From NCBI GenBank assembly GCA_031289315.1, contig JAITPR010000051.1:6426-70425 (forward strand): DNA of 64,000 bases. Reading direction: 5' to 3'. The stretch's first letter is position 1, and every line of letters begins with the position of its first letter. The notes below the pieces were generated by a model. That model was given only the letters and a program-made list of their open reading frames with translations. It did no database searches and was not told the DNA's origin. This document shows, in pieces, positions 38,605 through 48,588 of the stretch. The position numbers and the translations under genes were made by a program. The DNA is from Clostridiaceae bacterium. Its GTDB lineage: Bacteria > Bacillota > Clostridia > Christensenellales > CAG-917.

Positions 38605-38892
38605 CTTTATGCGCATTGCACGGAGGCATAGTTTGGACTTCCGATATTCGGGATAGTCTGTATAGGATTGCTTTATGTGCGTTGTACGGGAGGCGTAGGC
38701 TTGTCATATGATACAATAAAGAAAACACTAGATTGCTTTATGCGCGTTGTACGGGGGGGCGTAGGCTTGTCACGCTGTCGGGTATTTTTCCGGATTGCTT
38801 TATGCGCGTTGTACAGGGGGGCGTAGTTAAGCTGTTCGGCACTTTCAAGCATTTCAATGATTGCTTTATGCGCGTTGTACGGGGGGGCGTAG
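38605..38892. CRISPR. CRISPR-like array: four 33-34-bp repeats plus one degenerate copy, 28-34-bp spacers, no cas genes in window
   Basis: GATTGCTTTATGCGCGTTGTACGGGGGGGCGTAG-type repeats at 38666, 38731, 38793, 38859; degenerate copy 38605-38631. Confidence 0.4.
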
Positions 38893-39074
38893 CGTAAAGG
38901 TGACAGTCTGAAATATCCGTTTACATTTGAATGGGCGGAGATAAAGACATCAAAGGACGATAAGAATGGAAATTTATACTAATAAATTTAAAAACGCGGT
39001 TGACAGACAAGGTATCTGGGCTATCAACCGCGTTTTTCAAGTAATCAGCGTCAAGCGTCACACTTGCGGCTTTT

Positions 39075-39106
39075 TTGTTCTTTTTGCCGTGCGGCAAAAA
39101 GAACAA
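39075..39106. repeat. Palindrome of a second dispersed REP-like family; likely terminator of 39117-39620
   Basis: TTGTTCTTTTTGCCG-TG-CGGCAAAAAGAACAA; relatives at 3191, 38402, 46414, 53111. Confidence 0.6.
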
Positions 39107-39116
39107 CGCCTCCCGA

Positions 39117-39620
39117 TTATTCGGGGGTTTCCGTGGATTTTTTGGTTGAGGTACGCTTTTTGATTTTAACGCCTTGCTCCGCGAGGAGTTTCTCGACCGA
39201 CGCGGTAGCGACGATAGTGATAAGCTCGGGACCGTCGGCAGCGGGTTTAGCGGCGGCTTTCTTAGCTGCGGGCTTTTTCGCGGGCGCGACTTCGGCGGCG
39301 GCTTCGGACGTAGCTTCGGCAGGTGCGGGCTTGGCGGCGGTTTTCTTAGCCGCGGGCTTTTTGGCGGGCGCGACTTCGGCGGCTTCTACGGGCGCGGCTT
39401 CGACGGGTTTTTCCTCGGCGGTCTTTGCCGGGGATTTAGTTTTTTGCGCGGCGGTCTTCTTGTCATAGGTTTTCCCGTACGCTTTGGCGCAAGGGTTTTC
39501 TAATTCCTTGTCGCATTTTATGCAGTACTCATACGTGCCGCACGTGTCGCCGTCTATCGCTTCGCTTTCAATCCACTTAACGGTATCAAGTCTTTGTTGC
39601 AGTTCCTTTTCAGTTTCCAT
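39117..39620 (-). CDS. Small Cys-motif protein with Ala/Lys/Pro-rich histone-H1-like tail
   Basis: DTCGTYEYCIKCDKELENPCAKAY then AAEVAPAKKPAAKK x2; AGGAG RBS. Confidence 0.8.
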   Translation of the reverse strand: METEKELQQRLDTVKWIESEAIDGDTCGTYEYCIKCDKELENPCAKAYGKTYDKKTAAQKTKSPAKTAEEKPVEAAPVEAAEVAPAKKPAAKKTAAKPAPAEATSEAAAEVAPAKKPAAKKAAAKPAADGPELITIVATASVEKLLAEQGVKIKKRTSTKKSTETPE

Positions 39621-40053
39621 CTTTAATCTCCTTTATTTTTATGTCTGTAAATATTTTATAAGTACGGACAAATTTTTTTTGACGTCCGAACCCTTTTTTA
39701 GCGCGGACGCGTTTTCAACCGTCGTATAAACAACAGTTTTGCGTGATTTTTACTCATTCATTGCGCAAACGACATAAAAATTAACATTTTTATACTATCA
39801 TTTTTGCTTCTACCTCAAATTTACTACGTAAACGTTTAATTGTCAACTTTTTAAAAGCATATGTTTAAAATGTTTCACAAAAATGTTTCATATGTGTTAT
39901 AATTAATTTAAGGGAATCGGGACGGTAACGCGCTACACTTAAAGTAAGCATAGATGCGACCTTTCCACAAGAGAATGCCTTCACCGCAAGCCGGCGGTTA
40001 GCGGTTATGCGGTTTGGCTTATCCAAACCCCAAACATAAAGGGAGTAAAAACT

Positions 40054-40902
40054 ATGAAAGACACGGCAAAAGGATTGCAAGATTTTATAAGGATGCAACA
40101 CGGCGAGGGTGCGGTGGTTCTACCGATAGACAAGGTTGAGCCGAACCCCGACCAACCGCGTAAATCCTTTAACGACGAAAGCTTAAGGGAGCTTTCCTCA
40201 TCTATAACTAAGGTGGGCGTAATACAGCCTATCATCGTATATCCTAACGGCGACAAGTACATCATTATTGCGGGCGAACGGCGGTACCGTGCGGCAAGGC
40301 TTGCAGGCTTGAAGGAAATTCCCGTCGTGATACGTCCGAATATGCCCGCGGAAAATCAGCAAATCGCGCTTATAGAGAACCTGCAACGCGAAGACTTAAA
40401 TCCGATAGAATCGGCGGAGGCTATAAGCGACTTAATCGAAAACTACAAGCTGACGCAAGAGGAGGTGGCTTCCGCGCTTGGCAAAAGCCGTCCCGTAGTC
40501 ACCAACCTCTTAAGGCTTTTGGTGTTGCCGACGGAGGTAATGCAGATGGTCCGCGACGGACAACTGTCCTCTAGTCACGCGCGTTGCCTCGTGGTAATCG
40601 ACGATAAGGAAATCTTGACGCAGTTCGCCAAACACGCGGTGGAAAACAAGCTGTCCGTACATGATCTTGAGGTAAGCGTAAAGATGTTTTTCGCGCGCAA
40701 GAAAGCCGCCGCCGTCGAACGTCCTAAAAATATACAAAGCCGTGAGCTTAAGGACCTCGTAGCGGATATGAAGCGCATATTCGCCACAAAGGTGCGCGTG
40801 GTAGGCAACGACCGCAAGGGACGTATTTATATAGACTACTTCACGCAAGACGACTTGCAACGGATATTTGAGCTAATGGAAATACTGAAAGTACGGCGCT
40901 AG
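40054..40902 (+). CDS. parB: ParB/Spo0J chromosome partitioning protein
   Basis: PNPDQPRKSF, GVIQPI, IIAGERRYRAA, ALIENLQREDLNPIE, HTH LTQEEVA..LGKSR. Confidence 0.93.
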   Translation: MKDTAKGLQDFIRMQHGEGAVVLPIDKVEPNPDQPRKSFNDESLRELSSSITKVGVIQPIIVYPNGDKYIIIAGERRYRAARLAGLKEIPVVIRPNMPAENQQIALIENLQREDLNPIESAEAISDLIENYKLTQEEVASALGKSRPVVTNLLRLLVLPTEVMQMVRDGQLSSSHARCLVVIDDKEILTQFAKHAVENKLSVHDLEVSVKMFFARKKAAAVERPKNIQSRELKDLVADMKRIFATKVRVVGNDRKGRIYIDYFTQDDLQRIFELMEILKVRR

Positions 40903-41065
40903 AACGCGGTTAATGTTCAAGAAGAACAACCCTTTTCTTTGCCGTTAACGGGAAACCGCACCGGGGCGTATTGACCTCCATATGGCTTTCAACGAGAGGG
41001 CAACGCTGTCCAAAAAGATTTTGTCACCGCGAATTGTCCACACTCTAGAGGTATAACAAATCATT

Positions 41066-42493
41066 ATGTTTAATCTTGATTTTGCGCAGTTTAATATAAT
41101 CGGAAAGACGCTTGCGCTTGCCGTAAGTGGAGGGCGCGACTCCATGTCGCTCCTGCATAGCTTTATAAAAAACCGCGTGCAACCGGCGACGGTAGCACCG
41201 AAAAACTTTTTTGTCGTCACCGTGGAACACGGCATTCGCGGCGAAGCGTCGGTTAAGGACGCGGAATTTGTTTCGGCGTACGCACGCAAGCACGGCGTCG
41301 ACTGCAAGCTTTTTTCCGCGAACGTACCGGCGGAAGCGGCAAAAACCGGCGAAACCGTGGAAGAATGCGCTCGGCGCATGCGTTACGAAATATTCCGCTC
41401 TCTAGCGGAAAGCGGCGAATGCGACGCGGTGGTGCTGGCGCACAACGCCGACGACCAAGCCGAAACGGTATTCATGCGTATACTGCGCGGTACCGGTATC
41501 AAGGGTCTTGCGGGCATGTATGCCGTACGCGACGGTATTTTCTTGCGTCCGTTACTGGGCGTGACGCGTGCGGAAATAGATTCATATGTAAAGGATGAGG
41601 GCGTGCCTTACGTTGAGGACGGAACCAATTCGGACACGCGCTATATGCGGAACTTTATCCGCGGCGAAATTTTCCCCCTTATCGGCACGCGCTACCCCGA
41701 CTTCAAAAAAAGCTTATTGCGTCTGTCCGCGACTGCGGCGGCGGCAACGGCGTATGCGGAGGGCGCGGCACGACGTTTCGAATATGACGGCGAAAGCGTT
41801 TATCTGCCTTTGGAAACGTTCTCCGGCGACGAATTTTTAAGCAAAGTCGCCGTCGCGCGGACGCTCCTTGCGGCGGGCGCGGCAAAGGACGTGGAAGACG
41901 TCCATCTAACCGCCGTCGTGAAACTGGCGTTCGCCGCAAACGGAAGCCGTTTGGATTTGCCATTCGGAATAAAAGCATACAAGGAATACGACCGCATAGT
42001 ATTTGCCAAAGAAACACCTGTTAACCAAGCCGAAATACCCATATTAACAAACGGTTCGAAAAATATATCCAAGCTTACCGCCTTTTCTCTGAACCGCGTC
42101 TACGGCTTTAAAATGGTGGACACTGACAGTTACCACTCGGCGACGGCTAAAAAAACGCACTCCCCCGCAACGGTGCGCGGCGGTTCGTTTATAAAAGACA
42201 CGCTTTTTTTCGACGCCGACAAGCTCCCCGACGACGCCGTGATACGCGGACGGCGGACGGGCGACCGCATCACCAAATTAGGCGGCGGCACCAAAAGCCT
42301 TTCCGACTTTTTAACCGATAAAAAAATTCCACTCCGCTTGCGTGATACATTGGCGGTCATAGCTTCAAACGGCGACGTACTTGCCGTGCCGGGAGTGGAC
42401 ATCGGCGATAAACTGAAAATTACGGACGAAACCCAAAAAATTGTCCGCATATACCTAAAGCAAGCACAAAACGAAAATGGGGATAAGCCGTAA
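41066..42493 (+). CDS. tilS: tRNA(Ile)-lysidine synthase
   Basis: AVSGGRDS, EECARRMRY, AHNADDQAET, RPLL, RNFIR; tilS-hpt synteny. Confidence 0.95.
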   Translation: MFNLDFAQFNIIGKTLALAVSGGRDSMSLLHSFIKNRVQPATVAPKNFFVVTVEHGIRGEASVKDAEFVSAYARKHGVDCKLFSANVPAEAAKTGETVEECARRMRYEIFRSLAESGECDAVVLAHNADDQAETVFMRILRGTGIKGLAGMYAVRDGIFLRPLLGVTRAEIDSYVKDEGVPYVEDGTNSDTRYMRNFIRGEIFPLIGTRYPDFKKSLLRLSATAAAATAYAEGAARRFEYDGESVYLPLETFSGDEFLSKVAVARTLLAAGAAKDVEDVHLTAVVKLAFAANGSRLDLPFGIKAYKEYDRIVFAKETPVNQAEIPILTNGSKNISKLTAFSLNRVYGFKMVDTDSYHSATAKKTHSPATVRGGSFIKDTLFFDADKLPDDAVIRGRRTGDRITKLGGGTKSLSDFLTDKKIPLRLRDTLAVIASNGDVLAVPGVDIGDKLKITDETQKIVRIYLKQAQNENGDKP

Positions 42494-43032
42494 TGAAACA
42501 CGAAGCCTACAAAGTTTTATTTGCAAGAGAAGAAATTGCCGCGCGCGTAAAAGCCGTTGCCGGCGAAATAACCCGCGACTACACCGGCAAAAAGCTTTTG
42601 GCGGTTTGCATACTAAGGGGTGCGGTTATTTTTACCGCCGACCTCATACGTGAACTTGATTTGGACGTATCTCTCGACTTCATATCCGTGTCTAGCTACG
42701 GCGCGGGAACGACGTCAAGCGGAGAGGTGCGCGTACTCCACGATTTAAAGGAACCGATAGAGGGACGCGACGTTCTTATTATCGAAGACATAATCGACAC
42801 CGGCTTAACGCTTTCCTACTTGCGTGAAATTCTGCTTGCCCGAAAACCGGCTTCTTTAAAAATAGCCGCACTTTTAGACAAACCGGACCGCCGTCGCACC
42901 GATATAAACGCGGATTACATAGGCTTTTGTATACCCGACGACTTTGTTGTGGGCTATGGGCTTGACTTTGACCAACGCTTCAGGCATCTGCCGGACATCT
43001 GCGTACCGCTAAACGCGGAAAAGAAAAAATAA
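42493..43032 (+). CDS. hpt: Hypoxanthine phosphoribosyltransferase
   Basis: ILRGAVIFTADL, VSSYG, VLIIEDIIDTGLTL, FVVGYGLD. Confidence 0.96.
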   Translation: MKHEAYKVLFAREEIAARVKAVAGEITRDYTGKKLLAVCILRGAVIFTADLIRELDLDVSLDFISVSSYGAGTTSSGEVRVLHDLKEPIEGRDVLIIEDIIDTGLTLSYLREILLARKPASLKIAALLDKPDRRRTDINADYIGFCIPDDFVVGYGLDFDQRFRHLPDICVPLNAEKKK

Positions 43033-43220
43033 ATCGGCAACCGCAAACTCCCGCCAACTATCGCCGTCCGTGAAAGCTGAAACTGTAACACTGCTAGCCG
43101 TCGTCATCTGTGAAAGCGAATGCGGCTAACGCAGCTATCCACCGTCCGCGAAAGCGAATGCGAAAACCAATAAACTCCGCAACCGTCACTGTGTGTGAAA
43201 GAGAATGCTGCAACCGCAAT
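43030..43220. repeat. Degenerate intergenic tandem repeat (TGAAAGCGAATGC-like core, about four units)
   Basis: ccgtccgtgaaagctgaa, ctgtgaaagcgaatgc, ccgcgaaagcgaatgc, gtgtgaaagagaatgc. Confidence 0.5.
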
Positions 43221-43241
43221 TTCCACACCCTAAAATAACCT

Positions 43242-44849
43242 ATGAACATATTTATTCCTACCGATCTCAAACGCCTTGCCGCGCTTTTTCCCTCCGATAA
43301 GCCTCTGTATCTTGTCGGCGGTTACGTGCGCAATTGGCTCTTAGGCGTAAATGGCGGAGATTTTGACGTCGCTTCCGCGCTTTCGGTCGAAGCTTTGCAC
43401 GCTGTCGCGGCGGAGCATGGCTTTTCAATAATACCCGTCAACCCTAAAATCGGTTCCGTTCTGATAAAAAACAAGACCTTCGCCGCCGAATACACGTCGT
43501 TTCGGGTAGACAGCTACCCTATCGGAAGCGGCGCACATTCGCCCACGGAGGTACGCTTCACCGATGACATCGAGGAGGACGCAAGACGGCGTGATTTTAC
43601 GGCTAACGCAATCTACTACGACATACGGAAAGAAGCTCTCGTCGACGTTTTAAACGGCGCGGAGGACGTCAAAAACGGAGTTCTGCGCACGACGGACAAC
43701 CCCGAACGCGTACTTTCCGAGGACGGCTTGCGGATTATGCGAATGGTGCGACTTGCCGCCGAAACAGGCTTTGCAATAGACCGAGACACCTTCGAAACCG
43801 CACGGCGTTTAAGCCCGCGTCTAAAGGATATTTCCGCAGAACGGATACGCGTAGAGCTGGAAAAAACTCTTGTCGCGGATTTAAAATATCCCCGATTACA
43901 CGCGGCAAAAAATCAAAAAACCGATACCGGTGAAAATGCAACCGCCGGCAGCGGTGAGAATTTATATTCCGGCATAGGCGGATGCGACGGTGAGAATTTG
44001 TACCCCGGCGGCGGTGAGAATTTGCATGCCGGCGCGGGCAGATATCGCGACGACGTATTCCCAGAAACCGGAGCTTTCTTCGAAGACTTAGCAAATGACG
44101 AATACCCCTCTCTGCACGAACGCGGAGTGCGGCTCCTTTGCGCGGTCGGCGCGATAGAATACGTCATTCCCCGTTTGACGGATGGGCGCGGCGTAATTCA
44201 AAATCAAAAATATCACAATTATGATGTTTACGGACACACTATGCGCGCATTAAGATATGCTCCTGCAGAAATACGCCTTGCGGCGCTGTTGCACGATATT
44301 GCAAAGCCCATCTGCGTACAAAAGTACGGCACCATGCTAGCTCACCCGGAGGTAGGTGCGGAAATCACCGAAACAATCTTATCCGCACTCAAGTTTCCGA
44401 AAGCCGTAATAAAGGAAACCGTGCGCCTTGTGCGTCTGCACATGTACGATTTAGAGGGGAATACCGGCACAAATAAGTTGCGTATTTTTGTGCTTGAAAA
44501 TAACGATATTTTAGACAAGCTTATCCTCCTCAAAATCGCCGATGCAAAGGCTTCCTCCGGCGCGCGCTCCGTATCTGCGGAAAGACTTATTGCCGTGCGG
44601 CAAAAAATGTTAGACGAAAAAACACCTTTTTCGCTTAAAGACCTATTAATCGACGGCGACGATTTGAGCGCGGCGGCGGTATCACCGCAATTGAGAAGCA
44701 CCGTCCTTGCCAGACTGCTCCGCTTGGCGTTGAACGACGCCTCCCTACGCACGCGGGAAGCACAATTAAACCGCATCAAAAGCCTTGCCGCAGAAGCGGA
44801 AAAGGAAATGAACAATGCCCCGCGACCCGGCGACAAGCCGCCCGTTTAA
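43242..44849 (+). CDS. cca: CCA tRNA nucleotidyltransferase with HD domain
   Basis: LVGGYVR, DFDVA, DARRRDFTANA, EDGLRIMR, ISAERI, LLHDIAKP. Confidence 0.88.
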   Translation: MNIFIPTDLKRLAALFPSDKPLYLVGGYVRNWLLGVNGGDFDVASALSVEALHAVAAEHGFSIIPVNPKIGSVLIKNKTFAAEYTSFRVDSYPIGSGAHSPTEVRFTDDIEEDARRRDFTANAIYYDIRKEALVDVLNGAEDVKNGVLRTTDNPERVLSEDGLRIMRMVRLAAETGFAIDRDTFETARRLSPRLKDISAERIRVELEKTLVADLKYPRLHAAKNQKTDTGENATAGSGENLYSGIGGCDGENLYPGGGENLHAGAGRYRDDVFPETGAFFEDLANDEYPSLHERGVRLLCAVGAIEYVIPRLTDGRGVIQNQKYHNYDVYGHTMRALRYAPAEIRLAALLHDIAKPICVQKYGTMLAHPEVGAEITETILSALKFPKAVIKETVRLVRLHMYDLEGNTGTNKLRIFVLENNDILDKLILLKIADAKASSGARSVSAERLIAVRQKMLDEKTPFSLKDLLIDGDDLSAAAVSPQLRSTVLARLLRLALNDASLRTREAQLNRIKSLAAEAEKEMNNAPRPGDKPPV

Positions 44850-44989
44850 CCGCATTTTAGGTGGCAACTTCAATTGTGCGACAACCGCATTTTAGGCGAC
44901 AACCCTAAGATTTACGGCAACCGCGATAAATCCAAACAGCTGTGAACGGGAAGTATCTTTTCCACTCACCCGAAGACGGAGTTTTAATT

Positions 44990-46402
44990 ATGGAAATCGA
45001 AACTATTTTACTGATTGCAATACTTGCCGTCACCGTTATAATTCTTATAGCGACGGTGATAGCTTTTAACCGCGGCAAAAAATCCGCGGCAACGGGCGGC
45101 TACGTAGACGGCATATCTCCTGACGAGCTTCGAGAAGAGGCCTCCCGCATAGTAAACGAAATCGACAGACGCGTACGCGCCTCCTCCGATGCCGTTACCC
45201 AAAATATCGGGCATAATTTGACCGTCGGCAATTCCGCCGTTCAAACGGGGATTTCCTCTCAATTTCAGGCGCTTGAAAGCAGTGTGCGCAAGGTATCCGA
45301 CGACGAACGCACATTGGCGGAACGCATGCATACTTTGTTCGGCGCGCTGTCCCAACAAACGGAAGTGCGGCTAGACAAAATACGCGATGAGATGACGCGC
45401 AATTTAAAGGAGATACGCGGCGAAAATAGCGTTAATTTGGAAGCCCTACGCACAAGTAGCGCCGCAGACCTTAAGGCAATGCGTGAAATCGTCGACGAAA
45501 AGCTTTCCTCCACGCTTGAAAGCCGCTTCAAAACCTCTTTTTCCATGATTTCCGAGCGGCTGGAAGAAATCAACAAAAGTTTTTCGGAAATACAAAATCT
45601 TCAAACCGGCGTACGTGATTTGAACCGCTATTTCGGCAATGTAAAGACGCGCGGCACATGGGGCGAGGTTTCTTTGGAAAATCTGCTTTCGCAAATACTG
45701 GAAGCCAATCAGTACGAAACTCAAAAAAGCTTCGGCAGGAGCGCCACAAAGGTCGATTTTGCCGTCAAACTCCCCGGGCGCGGCACCGAAGAGGTTTTCC
45801 TCCCAATCGACGCGAAGTTCCCCACCGAAAGCTATCAGCGCCTCGTCGAAGCATCCGAAAGCGGTAGCCGTGAAGCTACGGAAGCTATGTCAAAGGAGTT
45901 CCTTGCGGCAATAGACAAGCAGGCGCGCAGTGTCCGCGACAAGTACATAATGCAACCCTACACCACCGACTTTGCCATTATCTACCTGCCCGTAGAAGGC
46001 ATGTTCGCCGAGGTCGTCAAGGCACCCGGCGTGCAAGAACGCCTACAAGAACAGTATCGCATAGTCGTGGCGGGTCCCACTACCATAGCCGCCCTTCTGA
46101 ACAGCCTACAAATGGGCTTCCGCACCGTCGCCCTCGAAAAACGCAACGCCGAAATACGTAAGCTGTTCGAAGGCTTCAAAAAGGATTTCGGAAAATTCAG
46201 CGACCTACTGGGTAAAACCCTTAAGCAACTGGGTACCATCACCAAAAGTATCGAAGAAGCCGATAAACGCACCGAGCTGATACGCCAAAAGCTGAACCGC
46301 GTGGGCGCAATTCCCGTCCCCGGCGAGGAACCTCTCATAAGTGCCGATGAAATCGATTTCACCCTCGACTCCGCCGACGACCCCGACGAAATTCCCGATT
46401 AA
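44990..46402 (+). CDS. rmuC: DNA recombination protein RmuC
   Basis: N-terminal TM helix, KTRGTWGE..LE, VDFAVKLPG, LPIDAKFP, TTDFAI.YLPVEG, GPTT.AALLNSLQMGF. Confidence 0.93.
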   Translation: MEIETILLIAILAVTVIILIATVIAFNRGKKSAATGGYVDGISPDELREEASRIVNEIDRRVRASSDAVTQNIGHNLTVGNSAVQTGISSQFQALESSVRKVSDDERTLAERMHTLFGALSQQTEVRLDKIRDEMTRNLKEIRGENSVNLEALRTSSAADLKAMREIVDEKLSSTLESRFKTSFSMISERLEEINKSFSEIQNLQTGVRDLNRYFGNVKTRGTWGEVSLENLLSQILEANQYETQKSFGRSATKVDFAVKLPGRGTEEVFLPIDAKFPTESYQRLVEASESGSREATEAMSKEFLAAIDKQARSVRDKYIMQPYTTDFAIIYLPVEGMFAEVVKAPGVQERLQEQYRIVVAGPTTIAALLNSLQMGFRTVALEKRNAEIRKLFEGFKKDFGKFSDLLGKTLKQLGTITKSIEEADKRTELIRQKLNRVGAIPVPGEEPLISADEIDFTLDSADDPDEIPD

Positions 46403-46488
46403 TCGGGAGCCCCTGTTCTTTTTGCTACGCCAAAGAGTGACGTTGCATATCATAAATCTCATTAACATATAGCTTCGAGAGAATTGTC

Positions 46489-46810
46489 TTAGGGGACTTC
46501 TTCTCTATCTTTGTAGATCTTGATATTATCTATAATACTACGGCGCATCGCTTCCTTAAAGTTGATATTTTTCTTATAAAACCTATCTCCACAATCCGAA
46601 AGAGCGCCACCTAATTCAATAGAGGCGCTTTCTTGAATTTCTATGAAATTTAAGGACTCCTTTAACTATGTTATCTCTCCTATGAAGTTGTCAATCTCTA
46701 GTTCCTTCTTGATCAAGACCATATCGGAAAAGGCGCTTGTGAGTTTTCTTTTGTCGCCTTTCTTTGCCTCACGCGCAAAGAAAAGTAAAAGTTGCGCTTT
46801 CGCGAACAGT
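46489..46810 (-). pseudogene. Possible AT-rich gene remnant with internal stop
   Basis: About 105 minus-strand codons with one in-frame TAG at 46666-46668; no recognisable family. Confidence 0.25.
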
Positions 46811-46881
46811 GGAGTGCCTCTTCCAAAACTAGGCACGGAAATTCTTATATTTTTCGGCGTTATTTTTGCAAACTAAATTAT

Positions 46882-48312
46882 ATGAATGTTCCCGTAACAC
46901 CCAAAAATCAAAAGGCTTTTTCAAAATGGCTTAATACAAGGACGGCACCGTTTTTTCTTGCGGCGGCGCTTTTTCTTTGCACGGTTTTGACGGTACTCAC
47001 GCTAACTCTTTCATGTACGCCGGAGTACGGTTGCAATTTAAAAAAACCCGTTGCGGACGCCGCGGAGTACGGCTTTCGTTCGGAACAAACTACTTTCGCC
47101 GCCGCTTACCCTGTTACGGAAGAAACCGCTTTCACCGCCGCTTACTCCATTGCGGAACAATCCGCCCATATCGCGGACGACGCGGAACGTGACGGACTTT
47201 CGGTAGATTTTATCATACGCATAGACGGCACCGAAGCGGCAAGAAAAAAATACCGACTTAACCCTAAAGTCACGGATTACATGCACCGACTGTCGCTATC
47301 CCGTCCGTCCCAAGTATTCGACACGCTATTGACGTTGGAACTATCTCCGGGTGATGCCGTCACATTTCTGTTGCCGGAAGCCAAAGCCGACATTGAAGCG
47401 TTGCTTTTAGCGCGTGAACACCCGGTTATTGACGCGGAAATGTTTTTCGACGCGTCCAAAATTCCCTGCTTTACCTACGTTGACGGGAGCGACGGCGCAC
47501 GCTTCGACCGCGACAAGATTTACAAGGCGATTGCCGCCGCCGTGGACAGACCGCAATCGGTAATAATAATCCGCTCCGAAAAAATACGGGCGGTAAAAGT
47601 CGGAGAGCTGAAACGGAAAACCGCCAAAATAAGTCTGTTTTCCACAAATTACACCGCAAGTGCCGACGCGCGTAAAAGCAATATCGCGCTTGCCGCGTCT
47701 TTTATTAACGGTACGGTAGTGCCGCCGGGCGGAGAATTTTCGTTTAACGCCGTGGTTGGAAAACGCACTGCGGAACGCGGCTTTCGCGACGCTCCGATAA
47801 TTTTGGACGGTAAATTCACCGAGGGCGTAGGTGGCGGCGTCTGTCAAGTATCCACCACCGTATACAACGCCGGCTTGCTTGCGGGGCTTAATGCCATGAG
47901 CGTAGCGCGGCACACCTTGCCCGTACGTTATGTGCCGCCGTCGTTTGACGCTATGGTGTCCTCCGCAACGGACCTGAAAATGCGCAACGACTCCGACGAC
48001 AATATATATATAACCGCGCGCGCCGACGGGTCCAGCCTCACCGTGACGATGTACGGCAAACGCCCGGAATTCGAAATACGGACGCGCAGCGTGACTTTGA
48101 AAACCACGCCCCACGAAACCGAATACGTCTTAAATCCGGAACTCTTATCCGACGAGTCGGTCATAGCTAAGGGTGCAGACGGATTGGAAAGCGAAGGCTA
48201 TATAGAATATTTAAAAAACGGAGAAATTATCTCCGTAAAAAAAATAAGACGCGACGTCTACGCCCCTCAAAAACGTATAGTCGAAGTTAAGGAATTGCCG
48301 CCGCCGGAATAA
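46882..48312 (+). CDS. VanW family protein with C-terminal G5-like region
   Basis: FSTNY, RKSNIALAA, FSFNAVVG.RT, GGGVCQVSTT.YNA, DLKMRN; N-terminal TM helix. Confidence 0.88.
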   Translation: MNVPVTPKNQKAFSKWLNTRTAPFFLAAALFLCTVLTVLTLTLSCTPEYGCNLKKPVADAAEYGFRSEQTTFAAAYPVTEETAFTAAYSIAEQSAHIADDAERDGLSVDFIIRIDGTEAARKKYRLNPKVTDYMHRLSLSRPSQVFDTLLTLELSPGDAVTFLLPEAKADIEALLLAREHPVIDAEMFFDASKIPCFTYVDGSDGARFDRDKIYKAIAAAVDRPQSVIIIRSEKIRAVKVGELKRKTAKISLFSTNYTASADARKSNIALAASFINGTVVPPGGEFSFNAVVGKRTAERGFRDAPIILDGKFTEGVGGGVCQVSTTVYNAGLLAGLNAMSVARHTLPVRYVPPSFDAMVSSATDLKMRNDSDDNIYITARADGSSLTVTMYGKRPEFEIRTRSVTLKTTPHETEYVLNPELLSDESVIAKGADGLESEGYIEYLKNGEIISVKKIRRDVYAPQKRIVEVKELPPPE

Positions 48313-48352
48313 ATTTTATTTAAGGACGGTGCGGGAGGAGAATAAAATACTC

Positions 48353-48559
48353 TCATAAAAAATATTTTTTATTCGATTGCCTAGATAAAAAAACGATTGC
48401 GACGCTTCGCGATATTAAAGCCGTATACTCTTTTAAGGGTCGCGCCGCCGCGGTACTTAAGCCGCGTACACTTAGAAGGGTTGCGCCTCTTTCGCAAAAC
48501 TGATACTCAACCGCGTTGAATGACAAAGCGTCTATGTCTATAATTGCGACGCGCGGCAC
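48353..48559 (-). CDS. Small hypothetical protein
   Basis: 68-aa GTG-start ORF 30 bp downstream of the PHP gene on the same strand; no motif. Confidence 0.3.
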   Translation of the reverse strand: MPRVAIIDIDALSFNAVEYQFCERGATLLSVRGLSTAAARPLKEYTALISRSVAIVFLSRQSNKKYFL

Positions 48560-48588
48560 TTAAGCCCGCTACTCTTTAGGTTGTTATC

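Noticed and set aside
39870-39897. parS site upstream of parB
   Set aside because: Only TGTTTCA half-sites in direct orientation; the 16-bp palindrome is absent.
46882-48312. Vancomycin resistance locus
   Set aside because: VanW-domain proteins are common in spore-formers, and no vanA/B/H/X/R/S genes are present.
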